From assembly GCA_964035545.1 (NCBI GenBank), contig OZ037765.1, positions 11,418,698 through 11,482,697 of the forward strand: a stretch of DNA of 64,000 nucleotides, written 5' to 3'. The position numbers and the translations under genes were made by a program. This DNA is from Bugula neritina. Taxonomy: Eukaryota > Animalia > Bryozoa. Shown piece by piece: positions 45,539-58,700 of the stretch; position 1 is the stretch's first letter; each line of letters opens with the position of its first letter. The notes below the pieces were generated by a model that saw only the letters and a program-made list of their open reading frames with translations, was not told where the DNA came from and did not search any database.

Positions 45539-46731
45539 GTAAATAAGTAATATTTCAAGATTCCTTACCCCTGTATTGCGCATTGAATAATGTATTTAAT
45601 TTCAATTCCATTGCATAAACATATTGCAAGATCCTAGTAAGGTATTGTTATTAAAACTTAACTTTTGAGCAATGAATAATGATACTATAAGGGATGCTAG
45701 GTTGTTACTAATAGGGGGGGGGGGGGGGGGGTTGCATTCAAAGGAATAAATAAATACTTGGTTATTTACTTGCAGAAGTTTTCAATTTCCTCAACAAATT
45801 TGTTATCAGTCTTTGTATTTGTGCAAGTTGCAAGGCTGCACCTTATGAAATTTTTATATGTGTACGTATTTGCAGTTTTGCTAGATATATCATTTGTTTA
45901 GCTCTTAATTTTCAGATAATAAACACTGATAAGATGATGGTATGTGTGTAAATAGCAATCAATTTTTCTAGTAAAATATCACTTTAAAGTCAGGCTTTTA
46001 CTTCCTTCATTTTTCTATTGAAATACTGTTATCTAATCCTAAGGAACATAAGTTTAGCTATTTAAAATCTTGTTAGTTAAGAGAGATTTTTCTAACTTGC
46101 TACTAACAGGTAGTCTACACGTTGATGTAAACAAATTTATTATTTTTCAGCATTAAAAATTGTTCTTATTCTGCACATTGATCACAGAATGCCTTCTATT
46201 ACAGCTGCAATTAACTAGATAAAGCTTATTTCAACTTCTTTCTGGTTTAATCTAGATTGTAAGCTAATTAGACAAAGTCCTTGAAAGTGCATTTAAATAT
46301 TTTGTGTTCTTTTAAGCACTTGAAAGTGTACAATAGTTGAATCATACACCTCCCTTTGTCTTAGTGCTCTCAGAGTAACTGTTGTTTTCACTCCTCAAGT
46401 TGTATGTGGACTAGTAATGTCTTCATTATATGATAATCTCTAGTATCTAAGGGTCTGAATACTTCTAAATGCGTAGCTGTTCTGTCAAACTAAAGATGAT
46501 GTTATTTTAGATCAACTGTTTGAACTGTCCAGTACACAGATATGCTGGAATTTGATAAATGAACTGTCTAAAGCACAAACTATCGGCTATTCTTTCCCTT
46601 GCAGTTGACACCTCTAACCAGCTATACAAATTCAATGTTATCCTATACACAGAATTGAATCAAAATTAGGTTGTCACAGTTTAGTTTAGAAAGAAAAGTC
46701 AATGCAGGTAATTATGTGTATTGTAGGTGAG

Positions 46732-49700
46732 ATGTCTGGTAGCCTCATGACTCATGTGCAGCAGGAGGGGGTGTATTCCTGCTCCTCAAACTACGGCTAT
46801 TACAGGGACACTCTGAAAGACTCCTACTCTACTATTTCGACACACAGCATTACTACAGTAGCAGAAGCAGATACCATGATCTCTCCAGTAGCTGGACATA
46901 CTGTACAGTCAGACTGTAACTTGACCTCTACTAGCGAGAAAGTCGGCGAGTCAGCCAGCAGTATTCTTCAATCTGTTAAAGAGCAAGAGGCTCAGTTTGA
47001 GAGGTTAACTCGGGAGTTAGAGGCTGAAAGACGGAGTGTAGCTGATCAACTGGAGCAGGTTTGTAAACCAGGAACTGTGACCTCTGACCTACTTGCTGAC
47101 TCTGGAGTTTTCTCTCTCCATTCGAATGGATTTTTCATTCTTTGTTCTGAACTAGTTGCCCAACCACAACCACAACCACAAATTCATTCGTAGGAGCATT
47201 CTTTACTGTAGTTCGAAGCAATGGAAACGAAGTGTTTGAGTTGTGTTCATTTCTTATTGATTCAGCAACTGTAAGAAAAGCTGCATCTTTTCACTAATAT
47301 TCATACTTTTCACCATTTTCATACTGTCAACATGTATAAAGTTTAAACAGCCTTTTTCCAACTTGGAGGGAGGGTGTTAAATCCTGTTATTATGATTTAA
47401 CAATTATTGATTGTTTGACAGCTGCACCACATATTACCTGGTGAAGTTATGCAATTAATCTCCTGGTGGAGGAACTTCAAATAAACACGGATAATCTTCT
47501 ATTGCTGCTAGACTTTAAAAATGATAGGAAATGCATTCCTATATAAGAATGGTAGTTTATTTGTTGACTTCATAATGTAGTGTGTTGTAGTGTAAAATCA
47601 ATAGTCGAACTGGCTCAGTGCACAGCTTAGTGCCTAGTGATAATGGCCCTGGTTATATAGAACAAGGTGCAGATTTTTCCTCTCTTGATCAGGACCACAA
47701 TGATTCACACTTGGTAGATTCCTGTTTGTAAGTATCTTAGTATTTCTCTATATTCGGTGTTTTTAATCTTCTCAATACAGTGATACTCATGCACGTTTAT
47801 AGTTGCCATTCCTGTGAGAACCCCTGATGGAAAGGGTTTTGTTAAATCGGGCTAAGGACTTATTCATATGTGGCGCATGAGCAAATAAGACTGGATGCTC
47901 TTCCTAACATCACCAATGGCCTTTACTGGGGTTCAAACCCATGACTTAGTGTTTACTAGGCAACCCCTCTAAAGTCTAACCCCTAGACCACGGCTGCTCC
48001 CTCTTCTCTATACAGTGATAGTTTATTAATTGTTGCAGCATTCGTTGTAATATCTACTTCATCATGTTATCATTATTCTAAAGTTGTCATTTATATTTGG
48101 CTGTATGCCAAGTATCTGTTCTACACCCAGCTGCTATGCTATATTGACATGAGAATTAGCATGTTTTTGTAAATGAGATTTATATTGTGTTGTAATTAAT
48201 TACTACATATTAATTATTGTTGCAACTACTCTGCTACCATATACTACACTGTAATATACTTACAGTACATTACACTGTAATGCAGTTGCAGTACATTACA
48301 CAGTAATGTAGTTTCGTCTATTCTAATATGCTTAGCAATAGTGATAATTAAAATGAGTTGTAATTATGTGGGCTTAGCTTAGTTTTATTGGATTTTTAAA
48401 GTAAGTTTTCAATTTATCTGCTACTCTGAGCGGCTACTCTATAATTCATACAGTTGGTGTTCGCACACTTAGTGCTTTTCACTTCCATCTCACTTGCAAT
48501 ATATTCACCAGCTTGTAATAATGGTTTTACACCTAAATGTAGTCTTAGAGGGTTCAGATTCACTAACCTCGTTCTATATAAACTACAGAATATATTTGCT
48601 TGAATGCTTTTAGCTGTTATTGCGAGCAGGTTTTATAAATGGTTCTACCATAAAAAATATTGAGTAGTTTTTTCTACCGCTAAGTCATATCGTTTATGAA
48701 ATGCTATATAGAATTAGTATTGAATATTTACAGAATTCAGTTTTTTATATATAGCTATATTTTTTACTTTGCCGGAATAGTTCAGTTGAGTTGCTTTCTA
48801 CTTTAACTACAAATACCCCTACCTGTCCTAGCCTGCAAGGTGTGGCAGTAGAAATAAAGTCGGATAAGCTCCTTAGAAAGATTAACTTGGAATAACTGCT
48901 AAAAGCTATTAATGTATTGAATTTCAGTTAGCACAGTCACTATAGCCTTATGGACTCTGTTTGTGACTGTTGTTGAGACTTTAGAGTTTAGGAGTTTAGA
49001 CTATTGTTAGCAAAAGTTAAAAGAGGACAACTCTAGATATTTGAGTACTGCTGAGAAAGGAATTTATAGGCAGTCACATTTTAAGCTGGCCATTGTTAAC
49101 TTATTTGTCGGATATTCAATGGCTGTTCAAGCCTAACTGAATACATACAGTAACAAGTGAAATTGCGGAATAATCCATAAAAGCATTATTATAAAGACGC
49201 TATGGAATGTTCACACTGAGTATTGTTAGAATTGTTAGCAGTAAATGTAGGATAAACAGAATGAGGAATGATTGGATTGATTCAATAATAGTACCATTCA
49301 ATAGCAATTAGCGTTATTCTAGATTTGGGCAGCCCAGCCTACGTTACTCTGACCTAATACCAAGGAGGCTTTGCTCTAATCACTTTATATTTTTATTTTT
49401 ACTAACTTGTTTGCTCTTTATTTGCTAATGGTTCATATTCCTCTGTTGACAGAAAGGTCTTACAAGAGCGTGGAATAATGCAAAGGTAAGCGTGACCTAA
49501 CGGTGTTGTTGGCAAAAATCGTTTTGTTTAGTATAGATTGTTTGTTTAACATCGTAATAAGTGTTTGTTGATTGCAAAGGTGTAGTTCCCTTCAATACGG
49601 CTACCTTTGCCTTGCTTCTAATAGTATAGTATTATGGTTGTGTTTGATGATTTTCCTCACATGTATGTTCCTGCCATTTAGAATCAGTGGTGGAGAGTTT

Positions 49701-52700
49701 GAGATAGGCTAAGTTCTATAATTGTTTTATTAAATTTTGGTTTGGGGCGTGGACTGAACATAACTTCTTTTGCTACATTTCTACTCTAGAACACATGCTT
49801 TTCTCAATTTCTCCATTTCTTCACCTACCTGAATGATCACTAATATGCAGCTGTATATACTACTTAGTCGTGTATGGTAGCATTAACTTACTATAGACTA
49901 TTGGTACTACTTCAGCCATTATCTGACATATTAACTTGTCATAATTGATTAGTTTAAGAGACTATATGAAATCTTTATTTCTGTTTGTACTGAAGTTCTT
50001 ATTACCCAACAGGGCATGTAATTATATACCAGGTGATACAGCTCTTAGTGTATTTGTATACTAAGTAGATTGTAACATGCTCTATCTTGAGTTCTGCAAA
50101 TTGTCAGTTGGTAGGCAGGGCACAGGCCTATATAACTCAGCCCAGCGGCATGTCCTGTAGTTTTTATGTTGGGTTTACGGCATCCAACTTAGAAGAGAAG
50201 GAAAATTTTCTGGGGCTTAATATTTTTGACTGCTTTATTTTGCACTATTGCTGAGGTTGATGGGGGAGGGGAGTGTTGACCTAATAATAAAGGCACTTTC
50301 ATCAAAAGTACCTTTTAGTAATTCGATTTCATTGGTTGGTAAACTTGAGGATTTCGGATTAAGCATGGCTAAGCATCCCTAAGTAAATTTTTATGACACC
50401 CCATGAATGTGAAGTATGACCTTGGCCAGCTGAAAGATGCACCTAAGTTGCTCCGTTGAACTAGCATAATAGATAGTATTGGAATTACCTTGAAATGTGT
50501 GGAGCCTGGGAACAGCAACTTTTCTGATGACAGAGGGATTGTAGAATCTGCATCATTTGGTTGCATTAAGGGAGAAATTTCAGTAGCCACAGGTCTCTTT
50601 ATCTCTATGAATTTTAGTTTAGGGTACAGGTTGAAAACCTGGTTGGAACATAAGTTCTTTTACAATGTTTCTCATCTACAACAAAGGTTTTTCCTAATTT
50701 CTCCATCACTATTCTCACCTATCTCCGCTTTGTCCTGTTCCTTTGTCCTGTTCCGGTAGCAGTGGCTGCCGTAGGTCTAGCTCAATTAGGCTTCTCCACC
50801 TAACCCTGTCCTGAGCGTCCTCTTAGTTGAGGGAACAGGATTGGAACCCTTTTTTCTGATCGAATCGTGCCATCTATGCTCTGGGTGTCCCGATTTCTCT
50901 TTCCTGTAACTTTCATCTCATGCACTCTTCTAATATCATCCTCTTTCTCTATTCTGCATAAATGTCCAAACCACTGTAGCCTTCTTCTTTTCATCAGTTC
51001 TAACATATTCATTACTTTCGCTTCTTGCCTTATGCTTTCGTTGATCTTGTGCTCTTCAAAAGTAATTCCTAGGCAGTAGCGTAGCATTCTCATTTCCATA
51101 CGCTCACTCTCTCCTATTTTAAAATGTTAGGCTGGAGTAACCAAAATTCTATGGAATGCAATTTGACTTTGAGTTTAATAGAATCAATTACTTAAACAAA
51201 GTTTTCCTTCTAGCCTTTCATGTAAATTACATTAGACTTGGTCCTGGAATTTCAAATTAATTGAAAATAATACAATAGTTTAAATAAATGTAGATTACTC
51301 TAATATAATGAAGTATAGTTATCTCCTATTCAGTTGGGCCTCTACTTTAACTGCAAGGAGTTGTCAGATTGTGTTTGTAGTATAACCCTAGCAGTTAGTA
51401 CTGTTTAGCTGCGATAGTATTTCATGAACTTTGAATCTGGTCTTCCCTGGTTATTGCAGTGATGATCTCAGAGGCAAATATGGCACCTGGACAGATGAGA
51501 ACAGTAGACAGAGCAAGTATGGCAGCAGGGAGATGCCTTCTGTCCACTCCTCCAGACAGAACAGCTACAGACACCCAGAGGTATGCGATCAGCTTGCTAC
51601 TCAGTATGCAATGCTGTAAATTTTTCACCTGCATTTGGCTTCTAAAAATAGATCTGCTATAACTAATCAGATGAGGAGTATTAGGAGACATGCATTCAAC
51701 TCCCCTGTGACTCCCCTAAGATTCTATGCCAAGTATAAATACTGCAGGGTACTGTTGATACTTTGTGTGATTGTATGCAGGAATAAGAACAGCTATTATT
51801 TACAGTTTGTTTAATATAAACAAATACTGAATGTTAATCAACTAGTGGATCTAGTATTTTAGTATTGTTTAACAGCATCAAGTTGAGTTTAGTTGAGCTC
51901 AGGTTAAAGATGTAGATCTGATGTGATAGACTCAGTGCATAGCATCTGCCTGCTAACTAAATGTCTCTAATGTGTAGGGTGGGGGTATGACTAGATCTCA
52001 GGCTAATTACTCTCTCAACACTGCTGCTGTTGATAACTATGGCTCGTACTCAGAGTTGAATCAGTCACCACTCTGGAGTCAGCAGCAACAGTCACAAGAT
52101 TGGCAGCAGTATCAAAACACATATACTGGATACAATAAGCAGGGCGATGGTCTAGCAGGCACACCACTTAGGTGAGTAATTACAGTCTATTCAATGTACC
52201 AATAACTGCTGTTGAAACCTTGCTGGGGATGAGAGGATCACATACGTAAATAATATTTGGAAAGTCTGCAAACATCAACAATGAGTATTTATTCTCATTC
52301 CCCTCGTTTCCATTATTAGCACTATGTGATTCGCACTAGTTTTGATTAATCAGTGCAGGCATCCATTCCCATAATGTCTTGAAACAGTGTTACAGATGTC
52401 TAGAGATTTTCATATAGACATTTATATATATTATATATTAACTATATATATTATATATTAAGATTTCTGAGGCTTATTCTTTGTTTTGTATAAAAATGGC
52501 ATTCTACTGTTACTTTATAAGAAATGAACACCTTGGAAATTTAGATGTGGGTTGAAAGTAGCAATGATGTGCCTACATATTTCAGTGAAGGCGATTACAT
52601 AGAATCATCAGCTGCAGCTGGGTATTTGAACAGTCACGGAGACTATATAGAAAATTCAGGGGGTCCCACTGCCCCACCCCATTACTCTTTTGACCAACCA

Positions 52701-55700
52701 CCCCAAAACAGCTACTCTTATTCTCAGAGTGACTCTCAAGCTAACGGCACCCACTTTGATGGTGGATACAATAAACAGGGCTATTACAAACCTGACGTAT
52801 CACAGCAGCCATCCAATCACACGCAAGGATATGCTGACTACGATAGCTTGGCAGCAGCTAATCAAGAGGCAGAACTGAGTAGAAGGGAACTGGTTGCTAG
52901 TCGGGAGCAACTTGCTCAGAGTAGAGAACATTTGGCCCACAGTCTAGACAATTTATCTCAAAACGAAAAGCTTCTAAGCAGCAGTCAGGAGCATTTGGTA
53001 ACCGCTGACCCACCCAACATGTACCACAGTAATCCTGCCTATGAAGACGAGCAGCCATTTTCTAACACCAACAATCGGCAAGAAGATACTAGCAGGTGAG
53101 AAGATTGAGGGTTAATTTTTAATTGAATGTGCTTTGCATTTCTTTTATCGCTTAGAATTTATCTTCACACATTTGTCCCAGTTGTTCAGCCTTAAACTCT
53201 AGGAATTTTAAATTACTCAGTTGTATAGTTGTAACTTTTAGTGGCCATCTAGAGTAAGATAGACAAGTTCCCTATAAGCTATCTAGTTGACAGCTCAAAC
53301 TGATCAAAACAATGTCTTCCATATTAAAGCCTAGATATGCAGATTAACAAGTTTTATTGGAATAGCCGCCAAGTTTAATCCTTCTGAAATTATGGTGATT
53401 TAGGTTTAACAGCTATAGTAATGGTGAGCACACATACGAGAACAGCCATCTAGAGGATAAAGAGCCTTATGGTAAGTGTGTATTTATATTTTATACACTC
53501 TAGTGATGACACCTTCCTGATAAAGAAGTTCTAATGTTATTTTAGTTTATTACAAACAATATATTGTATGTATGTAATAAAAATGAAACGGAACTGTTCA
53601 GATGTAAAATCTATTTTTTAACTACATAGTCGAACTGCTAACCATAGTGTAAAAGGCTTCAACTGCTGTACAATTCTTCTTAAAAAGAGATCATTATTCA
53701 CACAGCTTTTAAAATTTGTCATGAAGAGGAGAAGCTTGGTTCACTTTAACTGCAATCTTCACCAGGATTGTTTTTTCAAGCTTTTTTTTCGAGTTCTGCA
53801 TCACATTTGATAAAGTAATATAAAACTTTTCTGCATATTGACTATTGTATACTTTCTGTCAACCTGGTAAACTTGTTTTACATTTTCTGACCAAATTTTG
53901 GCTGTCACTGCTGATTTATCTGAAACAATTAGGTTGACTTCGGTAAGCTTTAAGTTTGCATCATTTCGCAAATAGTTGATCTTCAGCAAGTGGTAGTAAA
54001 ACTTTTTCAACTCTAAAAACCATTGTTTAGGGTCTGCTGAAAAACTGGATTTCTAAACACACATAGAAGTACAACTTTTCTCATGCCACTGGTAAAAAAA
54101 TAATATTTTGCTTTTGCCACTAAAGCATATTGCATAAAATCCAACATTTCAATTTCGAGTTGCTGAGTGTACACAACTCCTCAAACTTATTTTTAGGATG
54201 GTATGTTGATTAAAAACTGAGACTGGGATATATAGATATTATTTATTTTAAATTTTTTATCATATATCACTTAATGTTTGTATAATAGAACAAGGACAAC
54301 GTAATCCAAGTTGGGGGCTTGCAATTCATTAGCGCCCCAAATACCCACTTATTCTTATATTTTTACTTCTGTAATAACTCTTACTTGCTTACTTCTAGTT
54401 TATTCTCTATGTACAGGGCAGAGGCTGGCTTCAGGGTCTATGTAACATAAATTAAAGAAGCTAACCAGGAAATACATCAACTTTGTTGATATTAATTGAA
54501 TAATTTTCACATTTACCTCTATAGTAGCACTAATCATTGCTGTACCTAATGGAGAATGGAAGTTTCTTACCGACTAAAACATCTTGCAGTCTGCAAACTA
54601 AATTTAAACCAGCATTTTTATAACTTTTAAAAAATTGTATTTCAAAAGTCTAGAGCCAGTTACTGTTGATTAGGAAATATTTACTTGAAAGGAATTTTTT
54701 TACAAAGTCTATGCTTATCAAGACTGGTGAGTGTAGGATAAATGCCGCGCCTTTATTCTCTCTGTCCAAAAAGAAAAAGAACTTTCAAAGAGCATATCTG
54801 ACATGAAGTAATAACTCCAATGTTGTAACTTTACTAGTTGCAAATTGCTGTCAGTGACTCAGTGTACAGCTGTGTAGACAGTGTTTGACAACGTAATTAT
54901 TACAGCTAATCAAATGTTTTTCACTAATTTAGTCAAGTGCTCCCTTCAGCTAAATAGACTCAGTGTTTAAAGCTAACTCCTTGTACAGGAGAAAGGGTGG
55001 GTTTTCTTCCTACACCCACCTAGTAATGGTTAAAGCTTTCAGCAATAGGCCATGCCTGTTCTTCAAGTCTCAGCAGTCTCTCAGCTTCTCTTTATTGCAG
55101 TATCAGCTGCTGTGTTGTGGGTTGTTATACTGTTGCTGCGAAGGGTTACAGAGCATACATGGATTACTGTTACAGAGATAAACCTGTATATAGTTACGAG
55201 TATATTCATTACTCACTATTGGCTAGAAAAGATGCCCCAGCATCATCTATCCATTTACTCTCAGCTGGTATATTGAGTTTTCATGCTTAGCACTGAACGT
55301 GAATATTTTAAGAACTTTGCATCCGCTGTTTGTTTTATGGGGGACTGAAAAGCTGGAAGATATTTATGTATTTTTGTGTTCAATATTCATCCTTTATCTG
55401 CTTCAACATAGTTGTTTGTACTATTTGCAGGCACCTATGGAGATCGGCCACCATCTCGTAGTGACAGGCATCCTTCATTTGCTGACCAGTCATCACACAA
55501 CGACCGGCCACCATCACGTAATGTAAGCAGGGTTTTCATTTAGCAACAGTTTTGATCAACTTAAAAAAACTTATACTCGTTACTTTTTACAACAAGTTTT
55601 GTCAATTTAAACCATCATCTTATAAACTTTTGTATTATAATAGCCACAAAACACATTTTCCAATTTACGGCTAAAGCCTTAATTCTGGCAGAGCATCAAA

Positions 55701-58700
55701 CATACATCAAACAGACGTACTTGTTATGTACTCTTTAATACAGTTGAGAAATTCCTGTAGGTTTGGCCATCTATTAAAGATAGTCCAGCCTACCAGTCTT
55801 CAGGCAGTCATCCCATGCTGACGGACTTGAATGGACTGTACGGCAGCAGACACTCGGTGGCTAGTAGAGCCAACGCTGACCTTGACCAACATTGGCGACC
55901 TCCAGACTTGCCGGAGGTCATCGAGTTCCTTAGCCATCCCAACGATGCCATCAAAGCAAACGCTGCCGCTTATCTCCAGCACCTTTCCTATGGAAACAAT
56001 GAAATCAAAACTAAGACCAGGTATGATTAGTTTTTCAACTTTTAATTGCTTTCTTTTACAGAATTGGGTTTCTTTGGATTTGAAATAAAGATGAGTATGA
56101 GTATAAAATTGTCTAACATAGCCTCATTTTCAAACAATGGAACTGTGGGAAGTTTATCATAGTATTAACTGTGGATACTGTATAGAAATGATTCATTGTT
56201 ATAGTTTAGAATAATGATATGACAGTAAATAGACCATGTAAAACTCAGCCAATCAGCGAAGTGTACCAGGTCAATGTCTTACCATTGTAACTGATATAAA
56301 ATTCTGCAAGTTCAATTGCAAAATGCATGCTTCTAAAAGCTAGTTGTGCAACTTTTTTTTCATGCATTATTTAATTTCATATCTTAAATTGATGACTCTT
56401 GAAATGAATTTTTAAAATGTCTAAATTAAGTGTTTATAAAATGCAATTAAAAATTTCATGTCTAGAAAAATGACCTGGTACACTTTTGCAACTTAAGGCC
56501 AATTATTACATAACTGTCAGCTTAGTAGTTATTTGTTGTTGCAGCTTGAATGGCTTATTGTTTAGCATTGGAAGCTTGCAGTAAACATCTGTGAATTTGG
56601 TACATGACTTTGATTGGCTGGTTTTTGAATGGCCCTTTAGTATATGCATCTGGATGGCTAAGTAGTGTAGACTCCGCCTACATCTAGCTAATGTACAGTA
56701 GCCAATCCACAGTAGTATTACAAAATTTCTGTTTAACAAATGAAATATTCTGGTCATTTGTCTTGTACTTTACAATAGTAAATATTCTATTCAACTAGAA
56801 TTTTATTGTATGTAAGCCATGAGAACTACTAAGAGGTTAAATCAACCACCCATGCTAGTAATATTGTAGCTCGCAGTAATAGCAAGTCCACACCATATAA
56901 ATATACACATAAGCTATTATGTGCAGCTTATGAATGCTGAAATGACCCCATTTCTTACCATCAATTTGAAAAAAATTGTATTACATATTCTGCCACTTCT
57001 GCACCAGGAACTTGTTTTCCTTTTAAATTTTGAAAATAGTGGTCAGTTTCTGCAGCAGTCAACATCCACAATAAACAACGTAAGCTTTCAAATAAACTAT
57101 AAATATATGAAATATTAGTGTGGAAACAATGTAATTTATTCATTGCTATGATGAAAAATTATAAGAATATTATATAAAAGCTAGATATAGATTTCTAGTA
57201 AAATGGCACAGGTAAAAATAACACATTTTTACTTCAAATTCTAAATTTCATCAGTCACCAATGGTGGCTGTAGATTACAGAGAGCACAGCAAACTATCAT
57301 AATCTTGTCTAATAGAGGTGCCAACACCAAGTTCACACCTCCAGGACCATTTAAAATATTGAACTCCTTTATTCTTTTGATTGCTCTTTTGACATGGATT
57401 CGAAGGTTAGCAATCAACTTTGTTTGCAGTAACTTAATTTAGAGATATAAAAAAGGCCAGCAAGCATTTGAAACTGTAAATCTTGACGCAGCTTCATCAA
57501 AGCCAATAAAAGTTTATCTTGTCCTGCTAACTTTTTTTCTGAAAATGAGAACTTTCATCTTCGGACATATAAATCTAAATATAGTAAACAAAGAATGAAA
57601 ATTAAATTATGATTCAAATTATAATGTATGTGCTAAATAAATTTTGTGCTTAGTTTGTATTCATTCAGCAGTTTTTACCCTCTGGTAAGTAGCTTCAGTT
57701 ATATTTTGCAAGAACTATGAAGTTCAAGAACTGCTAGTTGAAGGCTTGACCCAATATATCACCATCCAAACAGAATGTAATGTGTGTCAACATGTGTTAC
57801 ATAATACTGTAACAGTACATAATAAGCTAGTTGTATGAATACATCCTTTGAATGAAGTCATGAGTTTAAACAAATACTGTGGACAAACAATTATTACTTC
57901 ATTTTATAATTATACTATAACTAATTCAAACCCATATTATTTCTAGAATAGCATTTAATAATGCTTGTGAATAAGTGAAACTAGTAACAAGTGTAAACCA
58001 TTTTAGTTTTAAACACTGAGTTAGTTTCAGCTAAAAATTAGATAAGGAGGCCACTTTTGATAAGCTTTAAAATAACCAAGGAAAATTTAAGTCAAAACAA
58101 TTTACTTTTCCTGGAGAAAATGAGTCAATTTGTCCACAAATAAAAGACTGCTGCTTGTTTAAATAAAACCCTAAACTAAATAAATCAAAGCATGCAGATG
58201 ACCACTGTGGTATTTATGAATATCTTACATAAAACAACATCTTTAATAAGAAATGTATGAATGATACACTCATACTGCAACAAATTTAATTAAAATGACA
58301 GTTTTACTACACATCAAATTTAATCAATGTACAGATTTTAGCATAGTGAAACTTGCATTGTTTATTTGTAATAAACCATAGTCTATCTTTGCAATAAGAA
58401 AATCATAATTTTTACCTTGCTAAAAAATAGTATAGAGAACGTGTAGGAATTCCAGTATAGAATTTAGTTCGCTCATCTGTAGTGGTGAAAGTTTTAAAAA
58501 CTTTTACTTTTTCAATAGTTGCTTTTTGTTTAAAAACTTTTACTTTTTCAATAGTTGCTTTTTGTTTAAACGTGGAACTTTTTGAGGCTTTTCTTCCAAC
58601 TTTTGATTTTCGTCTATCAATAGAATGTGCAGATCTTTTTTTCTGAGTAGTTGATGATTCTGGTAACTCAGTTACTTCTGATGAAGTCTGACTATGAGGA

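Noticed and set aside
55052-55276. 74-aa ORF with a hydrophobic, membrane-like segment
   Set aside because: No homology is evident, and its frame does not match the downstream acceptor phase; the overlapping frame from ATG 55159 fits better.
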